DNA of 64,000 nucleotides from Promethearchaeota archaeon (GTDB lineage Archaea; Asgardarchaeota; Lokiarchaeia; Sigyniarchaeales; SOKP01): NCBI GenBank assembly GCA_030599585.1, contig JAUVNS010000009.1, positions 149,233 to 213,232 of the forward strand, read 5' to 3'. Shown piece by piece: positions 62,788 to 64,000 of this stretch (position 1 is its first letter; each line of letters starts with the position of its first letter). The notes under the pieces were generated by a model. It saw only the letters and a program-made list of their open reading frames with translations, ran no database searches and was not told where the DNA came from. The position numbers and the translations under genes were made by a program.

Positions 62788-63636
62788 TTATTTCTTATCC
62801 AAGCATACTTTTAAGATCAATATTAAACAAACTCCTATAACCATCCACACTAAATAGTTAGAACCAATAACATAAATTAACGTTCCTAGACCTATAATTC
62901 CTAATATCCCTGCAATTAATACGATTAGTATAATATTTCTTTTTCGTTTTTTTTTGTTTAAAGCTAAACAATCGAGACAATAATATTTTTCTTTGAAGGT
63001 TTTAGTAGCACGATCTCTTTTGTCTAAGTCTTTCTTACATTCCGAACACGCAACCCAATATTCACATCGCTCACACATTCGAGGATTTTTAGGTATCAGA
63101 TCATCTTTTAGCTTGTTAATTGCGTTTTCAAGCTCAGCCGATTCTGCTCTACGGTTTACTCGGTGTATCCAATCAAATTCAGAATATTGTCCCGGTATGG
63201 TTTTATTACACTGAACGCAATAAGCCCGAATTGGTTTTGAGTTTTTTATTTGCCTTAATAATTCGTTGCCATCCCAAAATTCTATTTCTATTTCCCTATC
63301 TTTTTGTTCTATTGCAACTGTTCTCGTAAAAAATCCGGTTGTAACAAAAACCCCTTGATCAGCGCGCATCCTACGACAAGCGTCAGCAAATATTCTCACA
63401 TCGCGAGAGCCTACCTTATTGTCAGCAGAATATTTTTTACACTCAAACAATACTTTCTTCGTTTGTTTAATAGCAGAAATATCGTAACCAGAATCTGCGG
63501 CTTGACTCGTAAGCTTAACGTCGGAATATCCCAACTTTGGTAGTAATTTTGCGACAAATTCCTCAAACCCCCTTGGTGTATCCTTCCTTAACAAATCTAA
63601 AGAGATCATTTTGCGATTTTGTTTGTCTTTTAACAA
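62788..63636 (-). CDS. Mrr-family restriction endonuclease with Zn-binding motifs and C-terminal TM helices
   Basis: FEEFVAKLL..GY..V.LT…DSGYDI…FECKKY…VG; four CxxC pairs; two TM helices. Confidence 0.85.
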   Translation of the reverse strand: MLKDKQNRKMISLDLLRKDTPRGFEEFVAKLLPKLGYSDVKLTSQAADSGYDISAIKQTKKVLFECKKYSADNKVGSRDVRIFADACRRMRADQGVFVTTGFFTRTVAIEQKDREIEIEFWDGNELLRQIKNSKPIRAYCVQCNKTIPGQYSEFDWIHRVNRRAESAELENAINKLKDDLIPKNPRMCERCEYWVACSECKKDLDKRDRATKTFKEKYYCLDCLALNKKKRKRNIILIVLIAGILGIIGLGTLIYVIGSNYLVWMVIGVCLILILKVCLDKK

Positions 63637-63792
63637 CTAAAACATTTCTTAATAAAATATACTTTATTAAAGGTTAATAAATCTCACTTTTCCCCCCCAG
63701 TTGAACCTCGAGATCAAAATAATTTTATAAAGAAATGAAATACTAATAAGATACTGTAGTTTGTTAAAAAAATAAAGACAAAAACGTGATAA

Positions 63793-64000
63793 ATGCTCGT
63801 GTTCGTAAGAAGTTATAACAAAAAAGCCCTAATTATTTTTATATTAATGTTAACTTTACCAATGACAGTTGTACATGGAGCAGAACGAACCGACTATCTA
63901 TCTCCTTTTGCGTGGACAAACTTTAGTTTGACTTTACCCGAAAATTTTAATCTCAACTGGGAATTTGAGACGTATAACAGCTCTTTTCAAGCTTTAGTGA
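63793..64000 (+). CDS. Secreted protein, partial (runs off the window)
   Basis: GTGA RBS; MLVFVRSYNKKALIIFILMLTLPMTVVHG|AE signal peptide; frame open to the end. Confidence 0.6.
   Translation, partial: MLVFVRSYNKKALIIFILMLTLPMTVVHGAERTDYLSPFAWTNFSLTLPENFNLNWEFETYNSSFQALV

Noticed and set aside
8261-63543. Numerous short antisense or overlapping ORFs in the track (e.g. 8261..8503, 14279..14752, 21106..21414, 39851..40105, 57129..57491, 62993..63214)
   Set aside because: Shadows of longer motif-bearing genes.
1-64000. tRNA/rRNA genes, capsid genes, holin-endolysin cassette
   Set aside because: None recognisable by eye; tRNAscan-SE and profile searches would be needed to exclude them fully.

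Overview
AT-rich archaeal accessory DNA. An Asgard/Lokiarchaeia-like origin is inferred, not proven, from GGTGA-type ribosome-binding sites, TTTAAATA boxes, and many LRR, TPR and Zn-finger genes. No rRNA, tRNA or CRISPR array is visible. The window reads as a conflict island with four zones. (1) 1-8 kb: a patchwork of gene fragments (TnsA-TnsB, AlbA/Schlafen C-terminus, LRR, XPD helicase) around an intact secreted rhodanese protein with a 14-Cys halocin-C8-like tail and a small membrane partner. (2) 10-29.6 kb: an apparently complete Tc (ABC) toxin locus, comprising a split TcA (628 aa + 2642 aa, with inserted HhH and ConA-like domains), a TcB-TcC/RHS fusion carrying a HAE...CxxC deaminase-like payload, and a convergent LRR gene. 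(3) 32-49 kb: defence-type genes, namely a PIN-unknown-Rad50/SMC operon, an NTase-HEPN pair, a NYN RNase, a large TPR protein, and an NLR-like protein (metallophosphoesterase-P-loop-LRR) ending in a methylmalonyl-CoA-mutase B12-binding domain that has lost its cobalamin ligands (candidate integrated decoy). (4) 49.5-62.5 kb: an integrative element backbone (AEP primase-polymerase, exonuclease-like, ParB, wHTH, RHH, tyrosine integrase) abutting a broken uvrD/pcrA gene. All family assignments come from motifs read by eye; no database search was run.
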